Shown: positions 1-8,384 of the stretch, piece by piece
Numbering within the stretch: position 1 is the stretch's first letter
Layout: every line of letters begins with the position of its first letter
Source of the DNA: a virus
IMG/VR virus record: IMGVR_UViG_3300035704_000001
Location: 86,823 to 150,822 of that record
Length of the DNA stretch: 64,000 nt
Direction: 5' to 3' (one strand)
Made by a program: the position numbers and the translations under genes
The notes under the pieces: model-generated
What the model was told of the DNA's origin: nothing
What the model saw: the letters and a program-made list of their open reading frames with translations, nothing else
Databases searched by the model: none

Positions 1-2
1 TG

Positions 3-731
3 GTGGTCCACTGCGCCGCGGTGGTCGGCGGCCGCCAGGTCATCGAGACGGACCCGCTGGCGCAGGCCGTCAACTTCGAGATCGACGCGGCCATGTTCCG
101 GTGGGCCCGGATCTGCCGTCCGGGCCGGATCATCTACTTCTCCAGCTCGGCCGCGTACCCGGTGATCCTCCAGGACGGGTACCCGCCCATGTCGATGGGC
201 GAGGACGAGATCAAGTTCGAGGGGCTGGCCGGCGTGCCGGACCAGCTGTACGGCTGGGCCAAGCTGACCGGCGAGTTCCTTGCCCGGCAGGCCATCGCGG
301 ACGGGCTGCCGGTCACCGTGGTGCGGCCGTTCTCCGGCTACGGCTCCGACCAGGACCCCAGCTACCCGTTCCCCGCGTTCGTCGATCGCGCGCTCAGGCG
401 GGAGGACCCGTTCCTCATCTGGGGCGACGGCGGCCAGCAGCGGGACTTCATCCACATCGACGACATCGTGGGCGCGGTGATGGAGCTGTACCGGGGCGAG
501 TGGCCGGGCCCGTACAACCTGGCCTCCGGCCGGGCGGTCTCGGTGCGGACGCTGGCCCGGATGATCTGCGACCAGGCCGGCTACGAGCCCGGGTTCGAGT
601 GCGCGCCGGCGGCGCCGTCCGGGGTGCGGTACCGGGTGGCCAACGCCTGGAAGCTGCAGCAGGTCTACCGGTGCAAGGTCACCCTGGAGGAGGGCATCCG
701 CCGGGCCCTGGAGGACCGCGCCCGGGCGTAG
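3..731 (+). CDS. NAD-dependent epimerase/dehydratase (extended SDR, nucleotide-sugar modifying), 5'-truncated by window edge
   Basis: YFSSSAAY, catalytic YGWAK (YxxxK), RPFSGYG, RDFIHIDD motifs. Confidence 0.9.
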   Translation: MVHCAAVVGGRQVIETDPLAQAVNFEIDAAMFRWARICRPGRIIYFSSSAAYPVILQDGYPPMSMGEDEIKFEGLAGVPDQLYGWAKLTGEFLARQAIADGLPVTVVRPFSGYGSDQDPSYPFPAFVDRALRREDPFLIWGDGGQQRDFIHIDDIVGAVMELYRGEWPGPYNLASGRAVSVRTLARMICDQAGYEPGFECAPAAPSGVRYRVANAWKLQQVYRCKVTLEEGIRRALEDRARA

Positions 732-914
732 TAACCAGTGTGACTATCGTCCGGATCTCCTGCGGGTGCCTGTTCTACGGCGACGGGGCCCCGGACTGGC
801 GGGACAGCCAGCAGCTGCGCTGGTGCCGGCAGCACGAGCTGGCGGACAGGCTCCGCGGGATGCGCGAGCTGGCTGCCCGCGGCATCAGCGTGGGCGAGTG
901 GGCCCGGCACCCGA

Positions 915-927
915 CGATTACCCCGGC
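915..927 (+). promoter_or_regulatory. First copy of recurrent CGAT-N9-start motif (putative late promoter, leaderless transcript)
   Basis: CGATtaccccggc directly followed by ATG at 928; same geometry at 10 other structural-region genes. Confidence 0.65.
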
Positions 928-1365
928 ATGGCCGACTGGACCAAGTTCGACAACCTCTTCACCTGCCCTGCCGCTGTTACCGACCAGGACCTGCGGACGG
1001 CGTACGAGGAGCTGTATACCGCGGCCAAGCGCGAGTGCGAGGGCCTGGACCTGTCCTCGGCCCAGATCATGCGCACGAGCGTGATGCTCGGCTGGTACTT
1101 CAAGCACCAGCAGACCTCGCGGGTGGCCTACGGCGACAAGGCCGGCTACCAGCACCCGGGCCAGGAGAAGGACGCGCTGCTGGCGTGGGAGTCGATCGCC
1201 CGGTCCTGGGACGAGGTGCGGCGCAAGGCGCAGCCGGCCATCGCGGGCGGGCTCACTCCCGAGACGGTGCGGGATATCTTCGTGCACGTGCTCGGCCAGG
1301 TCGATGACGCCGGCCTGCGGGCCCGGCTGCAGGACAGCTTCGTCGAGGCCCTGAGCGCGGCCTGA
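928..1365 (+). CDS. hypothetical phage protein (helical; position upstream of terL compatible with small terminase, unproven)
   Basis: 3' part of ORF 766..1365; ATG 928 follows the CGAT-N9 motif; stop overlaps next start (TGATG). Confidence 0.6.
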   Translation: MADWTKFDNLFTCPAAVTDQDLRTAYEELYTAAKRECEGLDLSSAQIMRTSVMLGWYFKHQQTSRVAYGDKAGYQHPGQEKDALLAWESIARSWDEVRRKAQPAIAGGLTPETVRDIFVHVLGQVDDAGLRARLQDSFVEALSAA

Positions 1366-2465
1366 TGGTCTCCGCGGTGGACCTGCTTCAGCAGGTCACG
1401 GAAGACGACGAGGCACACGCGCACCTGCACCGCGACTGCCCGTGGTTCCGGCACGTCCACGACGGCGGAGGCGGCGAGCCCGAGGGCCACTGCCGCCCCG
1501 GCGGCCGCGTCGAGTCCGGTGCGCTGGTCAAGTTCTCGGCTGACGGCGTGCTGTGGGAGATGACGCCGCGCACCCCGGAGGCCTCCACCGTGGTGCAGCC
1601 GACCGTCCCGCCGGGCGGGCCCGGGCTCTTCCACATGAAGGGCCGCCACCTCCCGCCCTACGTCGAGCACCTGTATAAGCACCTGGTCGGCCGGTACGGC
1701 AAGCACGGCGCCTACCGGGTGGCGGTCGGGGTGGTCAAGAAGTGGGCCGCGGGGGTCAATCCCGGCGGGTGGGATACCAAGAGCGGTAAGGGCAAGCGGA
1801 CTCATCCCGACGTCCGGGCAGCCGCGCAGAAGAACGTGGCCGAGTGGGAGCAGGACAAGGCCGACGCGCACGAGCACCACGGCGGCGAGCAGAAGGTGAA
1901 GGCGGCCGGCCCCGCCATGACCCCGGGCGCGCAGTCGCAGTACGGGCTGTGGCAGCACCCGGCGCAGTCGGTCAGCCCGAGCCCGCCGCTGCCGCCGCGC
2001 GCCGAGCCGCCCACGCCGGCCGAGATCCGGGTGCTGATGGGCCTGGTGCCGGGCGGGGCCGCGGACGCGAGCCTGAGCCGCACCGTGCGCAAGTTCCTGG
2101 AGACTGCCGCGGTGAAGATGGAGAAGGAATCCCCGCTCGACGCGCTGGCTTCGCTCCGCGGCGCTCAGGCGGCCGTGTACGCCGCGCACAAGAAGGACGT
2201 CACCGAGGCCCCCCCGTTCCCCTGGAGTGCGCCAGCGCCCGCCCTGGTGCCGCCGGCGGCCCAGTCCTCGGCGACGTCTGACATGCTCCAGACGCGGACC
2301 AGGACGCTGGCCTACCGCAAGCTCGACCAGCAGGTGGCCGCGCTGGCCGACCGGCTCCGGCGCAATTACTTCAACCAGGTGCCGGGCAACGGGGTCTACG
2401 GCGGGCCGAATCAGCCGGCCAGGCTGTCCGCGGTCGAGAAGCTGGTCCGATTGTCCCAGGCGTAG
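1365..2465 (+). CDS. hypothetical phage protein
   Basis: 366-aa ORF with GC3-biased codons, coupled to upstream stop. Confidence 0.65.
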   Translation: MVSAVDLLQQVTEDDEAHAHLHRDCPWFRHVHDGGGGEPEGHCRPGGRVESGALVKFSADGVLWEMTPRTPEASTVVQPTVPPGGPGLFHMKGRHLPPYVEHLYKHLVGRYGKHGAYRVAVGVVKKWAAGVNPGGWDTKSGKGKRTHPDVRAAAQKNVAEWEQDKADAHEHHGGEQKVKAAGPAMTPGAQSQYGLWQHPAQSVSPSPPLPPRAEPPTPAEIRVLMGLVPGGAADASLSRTVRKFLETAAVKMEKESPLDALASLRGAQAAVYAAHKKDVTEAPPFPWSAPAPALVPPAAQSSATSDMLQTRTRTLAYRKLDQQVAALADRLRRNYFNQVPGNGVYGGPNQPARLSAVEKLVRLSQA

Positions 2466-2483
2466 AGGACGCCTGGAGGTGCT

Positions 2484-3137
2484 GTGAGCGCGGTCGACAA
2501 GCTGCTGGCCCTGACCGGTAACGGGCCCGAGGTCCCGGACCCGGACACCGAGCTGCTGCGCGCCGCGCAGCAGCAGGCCCGGGAGCTGGAGGCGCTGGTC
2601 TGCCTGGCCTGGGACGACGATGACGACAAGGACGGCGGCGGAGGCGGGGATCATTCCGGGCATTCCACCTACAAGGCCCTGATCAAGAAGAAGATGGACC
2701 CGAAGCGGGCCGCGTCGATGTGCGCCCGGTCGGACAAGAACGTCAAGGCCTCCCAGCTGGCCCGCTCCCTCGTGCTCATGCTGTCCGGCGAGCCCGGCCG
2801 GGACCTGGTGCTCACCCTGACCGCCGGGGAGCACGAGCGCCGCGCGGCCGCGCAGCACGAGGTGACCCAGGCTGAGGAGGCGGCCGCCCTGGCGGCCCAG
2901 CTGCCCGGGATCACCGTCTCTCCTGCCGGGCTGGAAGAGGTCGCTGAGCTGGCCGCCAAGGCGATGGGCGACGGCGGCATCATCATGAACCACGGCCCGT
3001 TTACCGGCGAGCACGCGCACGGGCACTTCCAGTCGAACGTGCATGCCCATCCGCACAAGCACTTCGGCGATAACCGCCATGACGGCGGACCTCAGCACCG
3101 GCCGGGCAGTCAGCCCGGCGGCCGGGCCGGCTGGTAG
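2484..3137 (+). CDS. hypothetical protein with His-rich C-terminus
   Basis: GGAGG SD before GTG; HAHGHFQSNVHAHPHKH tract. Confidence 0.65.
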   Translation: MSAVDKLLALTGNGPEVPDPDTELLRAAQQQARELEALVCLAWDDDDDKDGGGGGDHSGHSTYKALIKKKMDPKRAASMCARSDKNVKASQLARSLVLMLSGEPGRDLVLTLTAGEHERRAAAQHEVTQAEEAAALAAQLPGITVSPAGLEEVAELAAKAMGDGGIIMNHGPFTGEHAHGHFQSNVHAHPHKHFGDNRHDGGPQHRPGSQPGGRAGW

Positions 3138-3145
3138 GAGACACC

Positions 3146-3313
3146 ATGTTCGCTGTTGTCGGTCTCATCTGCGGCATTGTCGCCGCGATCCTGAACCTGA
3201 CCAATCAGCATGTCGGGATCATCACCTGGCTGCTGATCATCGCCGCCATCTGCTTCGGCATCGAGCTGGTCTGGTCCTGGCACCGCGGCGGTTACTACCA
3301 CCGCGCCCCGTGA
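3146..3313 (+). CDS. small two-TM membrane protein (55 aa, not in ORF track)
   Basis: GGAG SD, MFAVVGLICGIVAAILNL...ITWLLIIAAICFGIELVWSW; TGA overlaps terL GTG. Confidence 0.6.
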   Translation: MFAVVGLICGIVAAILNLTNQHVGIITWLLIIAAICFGIELVWSWHRGGYYHRAP

Positions 3314-5265
3314 CCGGGGCAGGCGCCGCGGCCGCGCGGCTCCTGCTGGCAGGTGACTCGGCCGCCTCCTACGGCGACCGCCAGTCCGGCTCGATCGCGT
3401 TCACCGAGGAGCCGGTGCCGCTGACGGTGTTCGTCCAGGACAAGGGCTACCTGGCCAACCCGCCGCTGTCCCCGGTGCAGTACGAGGCGGTGCTGCATGC
3501 CGAGCGGGTCTATTACCCGTCCGCCTACGAGGTGCTGGCGCAGTCCGCGGACCGCAAGATCCGCGAGTACTGGAAGCAGACCGTCCGGATGGTCAACTTC
3601 CTGGAGCTGGAGTGGGGCAAGGGCGGCGGCAAGGACCACACCTGCCGGATGATCGCCATGCGGGTCTGCTACCTGCTGCTGTGCCTGCGCAGCCCGCAGG
3701 ACTACTACGGCATGCCCGCCCAGGACAGCATCCACTGCCTGAACGTGGCCAGTTCCTCCAAGCAGGCCCAGCGCGCGTTCTTCGCCCCGATGCGGCGCGC
3801 GGTGACCCGCCCCGGGAGCTGGTTCCAGCGCCGGTCGGGGGTGGACATCCTGGACTCGGCCGAGCGGCGCAGCGGGCCGGCCAAGACCACCGCCCTGCTG
3901 GACACCATCCGGTTCGAGCACAACATCGAGGCGGTCTCCGGGCACTCCGACGCGGACAGCCAGGAGGGGCTGAACCTCATGCTCGGCATCGCGGATGAGG
4001 TGGACGCCTTCAAGAGCCGGGCCGAGCTGGCCAAGTCCACCGGCGCCAAGCAGCGCGAGTCATCCAGCTCGGCCGAGTCCATCCTGGAGATGCTGCGCAC
4101 ATCGGCGTCTACCCGGTTTCCCGAGGTGTATAAAAACGTCCACATCAGCTATCCCAGGTACCTCGGGTCAGTGATCCAGCAGCAGGTGGCGAGGGGTAAG
4201 GCTGATATCGCCGCCAAGGGCGACGCCTCGCACTACTACGTGTCCGGCCCGCTGTGCACCTGGGAGGCCAACCCGCGGGTGCCCGGCAAGCAGGCCTTCG
4301 CCGAGGACTACGAGCGGGACCCGGCCATGGCCGAGGCCAAGTACGAGTGCAAGCCCCGCCGGGCCATCAACCCCTACTTCAGCAACGAGCAGGCGCTGCG
4401 GGACTGCACGTACGAGGCCAGCCAGTATCCCGTCGAGGTGGACTACACCCGCGAGGGCGCCACCTGGAAGCCGGTCTATGTCTTCAGCGGCGACTTCTTC
4501 CCGGTCAAGGGCGCGCTGTACGCGATGCACGCCGACCTGTCGGTGACCGGTGACCGGGCCGGCGTCACCCTGGCGCACGTCAAGCGGTGGCAGGACCACA
4601 CGGTGACCGCCACCGAGGAGGACGGCATCGAGGTGCAGCTGACCGAGCGGCGGCCGGTGGTCAAGATCGACTTCACCATCAGCTACTCGGCCAGCGTGGG
4701 CGCGGTGCCGCCGCGGGAGATCCAGATTAGATGGGCCCGGATGCTGGCGCTGGAGCTGCGCCGGCTGGGCTTCCCCATCATGCGGTTCACGTTCGACCAG
4801 TACCAGAGCAAGGATTCCATGCAGATCCTGGAGTCTCACGGCATCGAGACCGACCGGTTCTCCACCGACGTGAGCGAGGAAGGCTGGCGGACCCTGCGGG
4901 ACGTGATGTACGAGGGCCGGCTGGAGATGCCGGCCCGCGAGCTGCTGATCAACGAGCTGCTGGGGCTCTCGCGGCTGCCGAACGGCAAGATCGATCATCT
5001 GGGCGACTCCTCCAAGGACGAGGCCGACAGCCTAGCCGGGGCGGTAGCCGGCGCGCTGGAACTCGGGGGAGCAGAGGACCCGTCCGGCAAGCGCGCGTAC
5101 TTCGGCACGCACAAGTTCTGGGAGCCGGACGGCATAGCCGAGGAGCTGAGCCCGCTCGGGATGCTGCCGGCCCCGGCTATGCTCGGCCCCGGCGAGCCGC
5201 TGCCCGAGTACCGCGGCGGCATGGAGTACAGCGGCGAGCTGAACTACTGGGGGCCCGAGATATGA
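3310..5265 (+). CDS. terL: terminase large subunit
   Basis: Walker A-like WGKGGGKD, Walker B GIADEVD, nuclease-domain acidic motifs MHADLS, FTFDQYQS and SKDEADSLAGA; GTG 3310 in frame with ORF 3043..5265. Confidence 0.9.
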   Translation: MTGAGAAAARLLLAGDSAASYGDRQSGSIAFTEEPVPLTVFVQDKGYLANPPLSPVQYEAVLHAERVYYPSAYEVLAQSADRKIREYWKQTVRMVNFLELEWGKGGGKDHTCRMIAMRVCYLLLCLRSPQDYYGMPAQDSIHCLNVASSSKQAQRAFFAPMRRAVTRPGSWFQRRSGVDILDSAERRSGPAKTTALLDTIRFEHNIEAVSGHSDADSQEGLNLMLGIADEVDAFKSRAELAKSTGAKQRESSSSAESILEMLRTSASTRFPEVYKNVHISYPRYLGSVIQQQVARGKADIAAKGDASHYYVSGPLCTWEANPRVPGKQAFAEDYERDPAMAEAKYECKPRRAINPYFSNEQALRDCTYEASQYPVEVDYTREGATWKPVYVFSGDFFPVKGALYAMHADLSVTGDRAGVTLAHVKRWQDHTVTATEEDGIEVQLTERRPVVKIDFTISYSASVGAVPPREIQIRWARMLALELRRLGFPIMRFTFDQYQSKDSMQILESHGIETDRFSTDVSEEGWRTLRDVMYEGRLEMPARELLINELLGLSRLPNGKIDHLGDSSKDEADSLAGAVAGALELGGAEDPSGKRAYFGTHKFWEPDGIAEELSPLGMLPAPAMLGPGEPLPEYRGGMEYSGELNYWGPEI

Positions 5266-5519
5266 CGCAGATGCCGTTCGAGCGGCTGATGGAGTACGCC
5301 GCCAGCCTGACCGAAGAGGACCGGGACAAGGGCATGGGGGAGCTGGCCGCGCGGGTGGACGAGAAAGCCGCGCGGCTGGCTGATGCCGTCACCGCGGTCC
5401 GGGTCCTAGGCGGAGAACGGACCTACGTCGGCCTGGAGATCCGGGCTGACGAGGAACCGGTCGTGCGGAGGGCCCTGGCCCGGGACCGCGGGACGCCCAT
5501 GAGCGGCTGCTCAGGCTGA
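5262..5519 (+). CDS. hypothetical protein
   Basis: ATGA overlap with terL stop; 3' part of ORF 4731..5519. Confidence 0.5.
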   Translation: MTQMPFERLMEYAASLTEEDRDKGMGELAARVDEKAARLADAVTAVRVLGGERTYVGLEIRADEEPVVRRALARDRGTPMSGCSG

Positions 5520-5738
5520 GAGGACCGCCAGTTCCTCGGAAGTGTGCACCTCGTTGTAGTGCGCGGTCAGTACCGCTGACGCGGCGCCTTTCCTGCGCTG
5601 GTGCACCATCGGGCGGCCGCATACCCTGCAGCGGACGACCGGCAGGTGCCTGGTGTGAACGGCATGGGTTTCGGGGCGTGTCTTCGTCTGTGCCACGTGG
5701 TCATCGAACCACGGGCAGTGACCGCTGACCAGGCCCAA
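5511..5738 (-). CDS. small putative zinc-finger protein (start uncertain)
   Basis: CRVC...HYNEVH (CxxC...HxxxH). Confidence 0.45.
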   Translation of the reverse strand: MGLVSGHCPWFDDHVAQTKTRPETHAVHTRHLPVVRCRVCGRPMVHQRRKGAASAVLTAHYNEVHTSEELAVLSA

Positions 5739-5756
5739 GAGGAAAGTCCGGAATCC

Positions 5757-5788
5757 TACTTGACACCGGTCAGGTGCCCGCGTAGAGT
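5757..5788 (+). promoter_or_regulatory. sigma70-type promoter of tRNA array with overlapping palindromic operator
   Basis: TTGACA(5760)-17 nt-TAGAGT(5783); TACTTGAC-accg-GTCAGGTG. Confidence 0.7.
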
Positions 5789-5849
5789 GAGACTCACGAC
5801 GCCAAACCGGTTGTCCGATAAGACGGACAGCGGCAAGATGGAGGACATG

Positions 5850-5951
5850 ATGTTCAGGTCACTAGAGCAGCGATACGGGTTCAATCACCCGTGCATCACG
5901 CTGCCTGCGTGGACCGAAGACGCCATGGGCGCCGAGGCGGGACCTGGATAG
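5850..5951 (+). CDS. putative leader peptide (uORF) of tRNA array
   Basis: GGAGG 5840-5844, ATG 5850 (in-frame ATGs also at 5838 and 5847); MFRSLEQRYGFNHPCITLPAWTEDAMGAEAGPG; followed by GC hairpin. Confidence 0.5.
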   Translation: MFRSLEQRYGFNHPCITLPAWTEDAMGAEAGPG

Positions 5952-5970
5952 GGAACAAAAGCCCAGACAG

Positions 5971-6009
5971 GAGCCGCCACCGGACACCGGGAGGCGGCTC
6001 TCAGCTTGT
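5971..6009 (+). terminator. putative attenuator hairpin
   Basis: GAGCCGCC-a-CCGG-aca-CCGG-ga-GGCGGCTC then tcagcttgt (weak U tail). Confidence 0.5.
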
Positions 6010-6029
6010 GAGGGACAACTGAATATCGA

Positions 6030-6102
6030 GGGAGCGTGGCACAGCGGCAACTGCAGTGGCCTCCAAAACCACCAACCGAGGGTTCGAGTCCTTCCGCTCC
6101 TG
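6030..6102 (+). tRNA. tRNA-Trp(CCA)
   Basis: cloverleaf, loop CTCCAAA, TTCGAGT T-loop. Confidence 0.85.
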
Positions 6103-6259
6103 CGACCATCGTCAACGCGAGAGCCGCGACGGTGCCTGTCACCTGGCAGTACTTGAGAACTCCACAGCGTGAGCATCGAGCAGGCTAGCCAGCCTGCTCA
6201 GTTAGACGTGCTGGGCTGGCCGCAACCGGGACTCCCCGGGGAAGCCAGCCCAGCGCACT

Positions 6260-6332
6260 GGGGCTATAGCGCAGCTGGTAGCGCACCTCCATGGCATGGA
6301 GGGGGTCAGGAGTTCGAATCTCCTTAGCTCCA
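6260..6332 (+). tRNA. tRNA-Ala(GGC)
   Basis: GGGGCTA acceptor, loop ATGGCAT. Confidence 0.95.
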
Positions 6333-6434
6333 CTGGTGCTGCTGACATGTGTAGAGGGCCGTGACGGGTACCTCAGCGGCGGTTATGCCGAAGGCCGGGT
6401 GTCTCCGGCGGCAAATAGGCGGCGGCACCAGCCT

Positions 6435-6507
6435 GGGGCTGAAGCACAACTGGTTGTGCATCGGTGTCGCAAGCCGACGGGTGCGGGTTCGAGTCCCGCC
6501 AGCTCCA
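6435..6507 (+). tRNA. tRNA-Ala(CGC)
   Basis: GGGGCTG acceptor, loop GTCGCAA. Confidence 0.88.
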
Positions 6508-6510
6508 CTA

Positions 6511-6635
6511 GCCGGGAGATGCGGGTTCGAATCCCGTCAGCTATGCAGCCGTCGCCTTCAGCAGTGCACCTGGAGGCGGCCCGCTCGGCCGAGCGGGCAG
6601 GCAGCCAGCTGTAGCTCAACTGGCAGAGCCCCGGC
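6511..6635 (+). ncRNA. circularly permuted tRNA-like RNA (YrlA/Y-RNA-like topology)
   Basis: T arm GCGGG-TTCGAAT-CCCGT (6521-6537) precedes D arm TA-GCTC-AACTGGCA-GAGC (6612-6629); CAGCT/AGCTG acceptor-like stem closed by insert; ends pair GCCGG/CCGGC. Confidence 0.6.
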
Positions 6636-6641
6636 GTTAAA

Positions 6642-6716
6642 CGGGAAGTGGCGCAGCTTGGCTAGCGCGCCGCGTTCGGGACGCGGAGGTCGTGGGTTCG
6701 AATCCCGCCTTCCCGA
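6642..6716 (+). tRNA. tRNA-Pro(CGG)
   Basis: CGGGAAG acceptor, loop TTCGGGA. Confidence 0.95.
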
Positions 6717-6760
6717 CTAGGCCGGCAAGCGGGGCCGAGAGGCCAGCGCACGGCCACCAA

Positions 6761-6836
6761 CGGGCTGTGGCGCAGTTTGGCTCAGCGCACCTGTCTGGGG
6801 GACAGGGGGTCATCGGTTCGAATCCGGTCAGCCCGA
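6761..6836 (+). tRNA. tRNA-Pro(GGG)
   Basis: CGGGCTG acceptor, loop CTGGGGG. Confidence 0.92.
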
Positions 6837-6954
6837 CTAGGCAGGTCCGACGCAGGCGCCGCCTTTAAGCGGTTCGCGGCGGAAGCGAGGACGCTCGTCT
6901 CGTGTGGTACCGGGGTACCGGGTTCCCCGGACGACATGGGTGGCCTGCCTTTCA

Positions 6955-7026
6955 CGGGATGTGGTGTAAGGGTCAGCGTGCCTGCTTTGGAAGCAGGAGG
7001 ATGAGGTTCGAGTCCTTGCATCCCGA
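6955..7026 (+). tRNA. tRNA-Pro(TGG)
   Basis: CGGGATG acceptor, loop TTTGGAA. Confidence 0.9.
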
Positions 7027-7092
7027 CTGAGGGGAGGAACCCCCGGCACGGGTAGCGCGGAGGGGTCCGCGTCCGGCCGCCTCCCCCGACAT

Positions 7093-7166
7093 GGAGCTGT
7101 AGCTCAGTTGGTAAGAGCGCCCGTCTGAAAAGCGGGAGGTCGGTGTGTCGAGTACACCTGGCTCCA
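7093..7166 (+). tRNA. tRNA-Phe(GAA)
   Basis: loop CTGAAAA; atypical T-loop GTCGAGT. Confidence 0.82.
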
Positions 7167-7351
7167 CGATGGACTGACGTCTGGCGGCAGCCGAAAGGCC
7201 GAGCAACCGGGTGACTGATCTGGAGGCCTCCAGTACCCAGTAAGCCGCGCAGCTGCAGCTGCGCGGTATCAGCCCACCCCGGGACATCCACTCCGGGGCG
7301 CGAGGACGACCGGCGGACCCAGGCGTTACTGGGGGCTTGAGCCGGGACCCT

Positions 7352-7424
7352 GCGGACGAGTCCCAACTGGCCGGGTACCAGCCCTCCAAGCTGGTTGTTG
7401 CGGGTTCGACTCCCGTCGTCCGCT
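7352..7424 (+). tRNA. tRNA-Gly(TCC), C33 variant
   Basis: GCGGACG acceptor, loop CCTCCAA, U73. Confidence 0.8.
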
Positions 7425-7543
7425 CTTAGGATGTGAAGAGGTACGGGCCCGGATGCTACTCCGGGTTGCGTGCAAGCGGCTGTCGGGTCGCGGCCGGGCG
7501 GGGTGGTGAGGCCGACATCTTGCCACCCCGCGCCGGTTTTCAT

Positions 7544-7615
7544 GCTCCGTTAGCTCAGTGGCAGAGCGGTGGGCTCTTAACCCGCGCGTCCGGGGTCCGA
7601 TTCCCTGACGGAGCA
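7544..7615 (+). tRNA. tRNA-Lys(CTT)
   Basis: loop CTCTTAA. Confidence 0.88.
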
Positions 7616-7621
7616 CAGCAC

Positions 7622-7694
7622 GGGCGGGTAGGCCAGCGGGAGAGTCAGCCGCCCCAAAAGCGGTAGTGCGCGGGTTCGAATCCCGCCCCGCCCA
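7622..7694 (+). tRNA. tRNA-Leu(CAA), short variable loop, C33 variant
   Basis: loop CCCAAAA, canonical T arm, A73. Confidence 0.75.
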
Positions 7695-7792
7695 CGAACG
7701 GATGACACGGCCGTCCTGCGAATCCGTGTCCGGTCCCTCCCTGGGGAGGAACAAGGCCGTTACTCCGGGGAGAGCAAAGACCCCCGGCGCGA

Positions 7793-7864
7793 TGGGGTAT
7801 GGGGTAACCGGCAGCCCGGCGGACTCTGAATCCGTCAGTCTTGGTTCGAATCCAGGTACCTCAG
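7793..7864 (+). tRNA. tRNA-Gln(CTG)
   Basis: TGGGGTA acceptor, loop CTCTGAA. Confidence 0.93.
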
Positions 7865-8335
7865 CTAGCTGGCCGCCGGCCAGCTGGACACGTCGTTCAC
7901 GGCGGTGTGGATCGTGTCGCTCAGCGGGGTCGGCCAGGGCACCGTGGGCAGGATGTAGCCGCGGAGCCGGATGGCGCCGTAGGCCTCGATCAGCCAGCGC
8001 AGGTAGGGCAGCGCCTGGAACTGCATCAGCTGGATCATGTCCGGGCTGGTGTACGGGCCGCCGCCGTCACTGACAGGCGGGCTGGTGGCTTCCAGCTCGC
8101 TGTCGGACGATCCGGTCTCCCCGGTCGAGACGGGCGGGAAGCCCTCGAAGTGCTTCCCGCCGGCGTTGTCGGTGTAGGCGACGACCCAGATCACGGTGTC
8201 ACCGGAGCCGGCCAGGGAGGCCACCTCGACGGGGCTCTGGGCCATGTTGAACATGGCCGCGAAGTTGATCCCGTCACCGGTGTCCGAATTCATGAAGGTG
8301 TCGATCTCGGCGTCAGTCGGAGGGGCGGTAGCCAT
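7865..8335 (-). CDS. hypothetical acidic protein inserted antisense in tRNA array
   Basis: 156-aa ORF filling the gap between tRNA-Gln and tRNA-Thr. Confidence 0.6.
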   Translation of the reverse strand: MATAPPTDAEIDTFMNSDTGDGINFAAMFNMAQSPVEVASLAGSGDTVIWVVAYTDNAGGKHFEGFPPVSTGETGSSDSELEATSPPVSDGGGPYTSPDMIQLMQFQALPYLRWLIEAYGAIRLRGYILPTVPWPTPLSDTIHTAVNDVSSWPAAS

Positions 8336-8384
8336 GGCCCTACCCTGGCCGGCTTCCGCGCCGCGCGCAATTGCGCGAGGTCAC

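Noticed and set aside
3043-3309. N-terminal 89 aa of the 740-aa terminase ORF
   Set aside because: Overlaps a better-supported small membrane gene (3146..3313); terL more likely starts at GTG 3310
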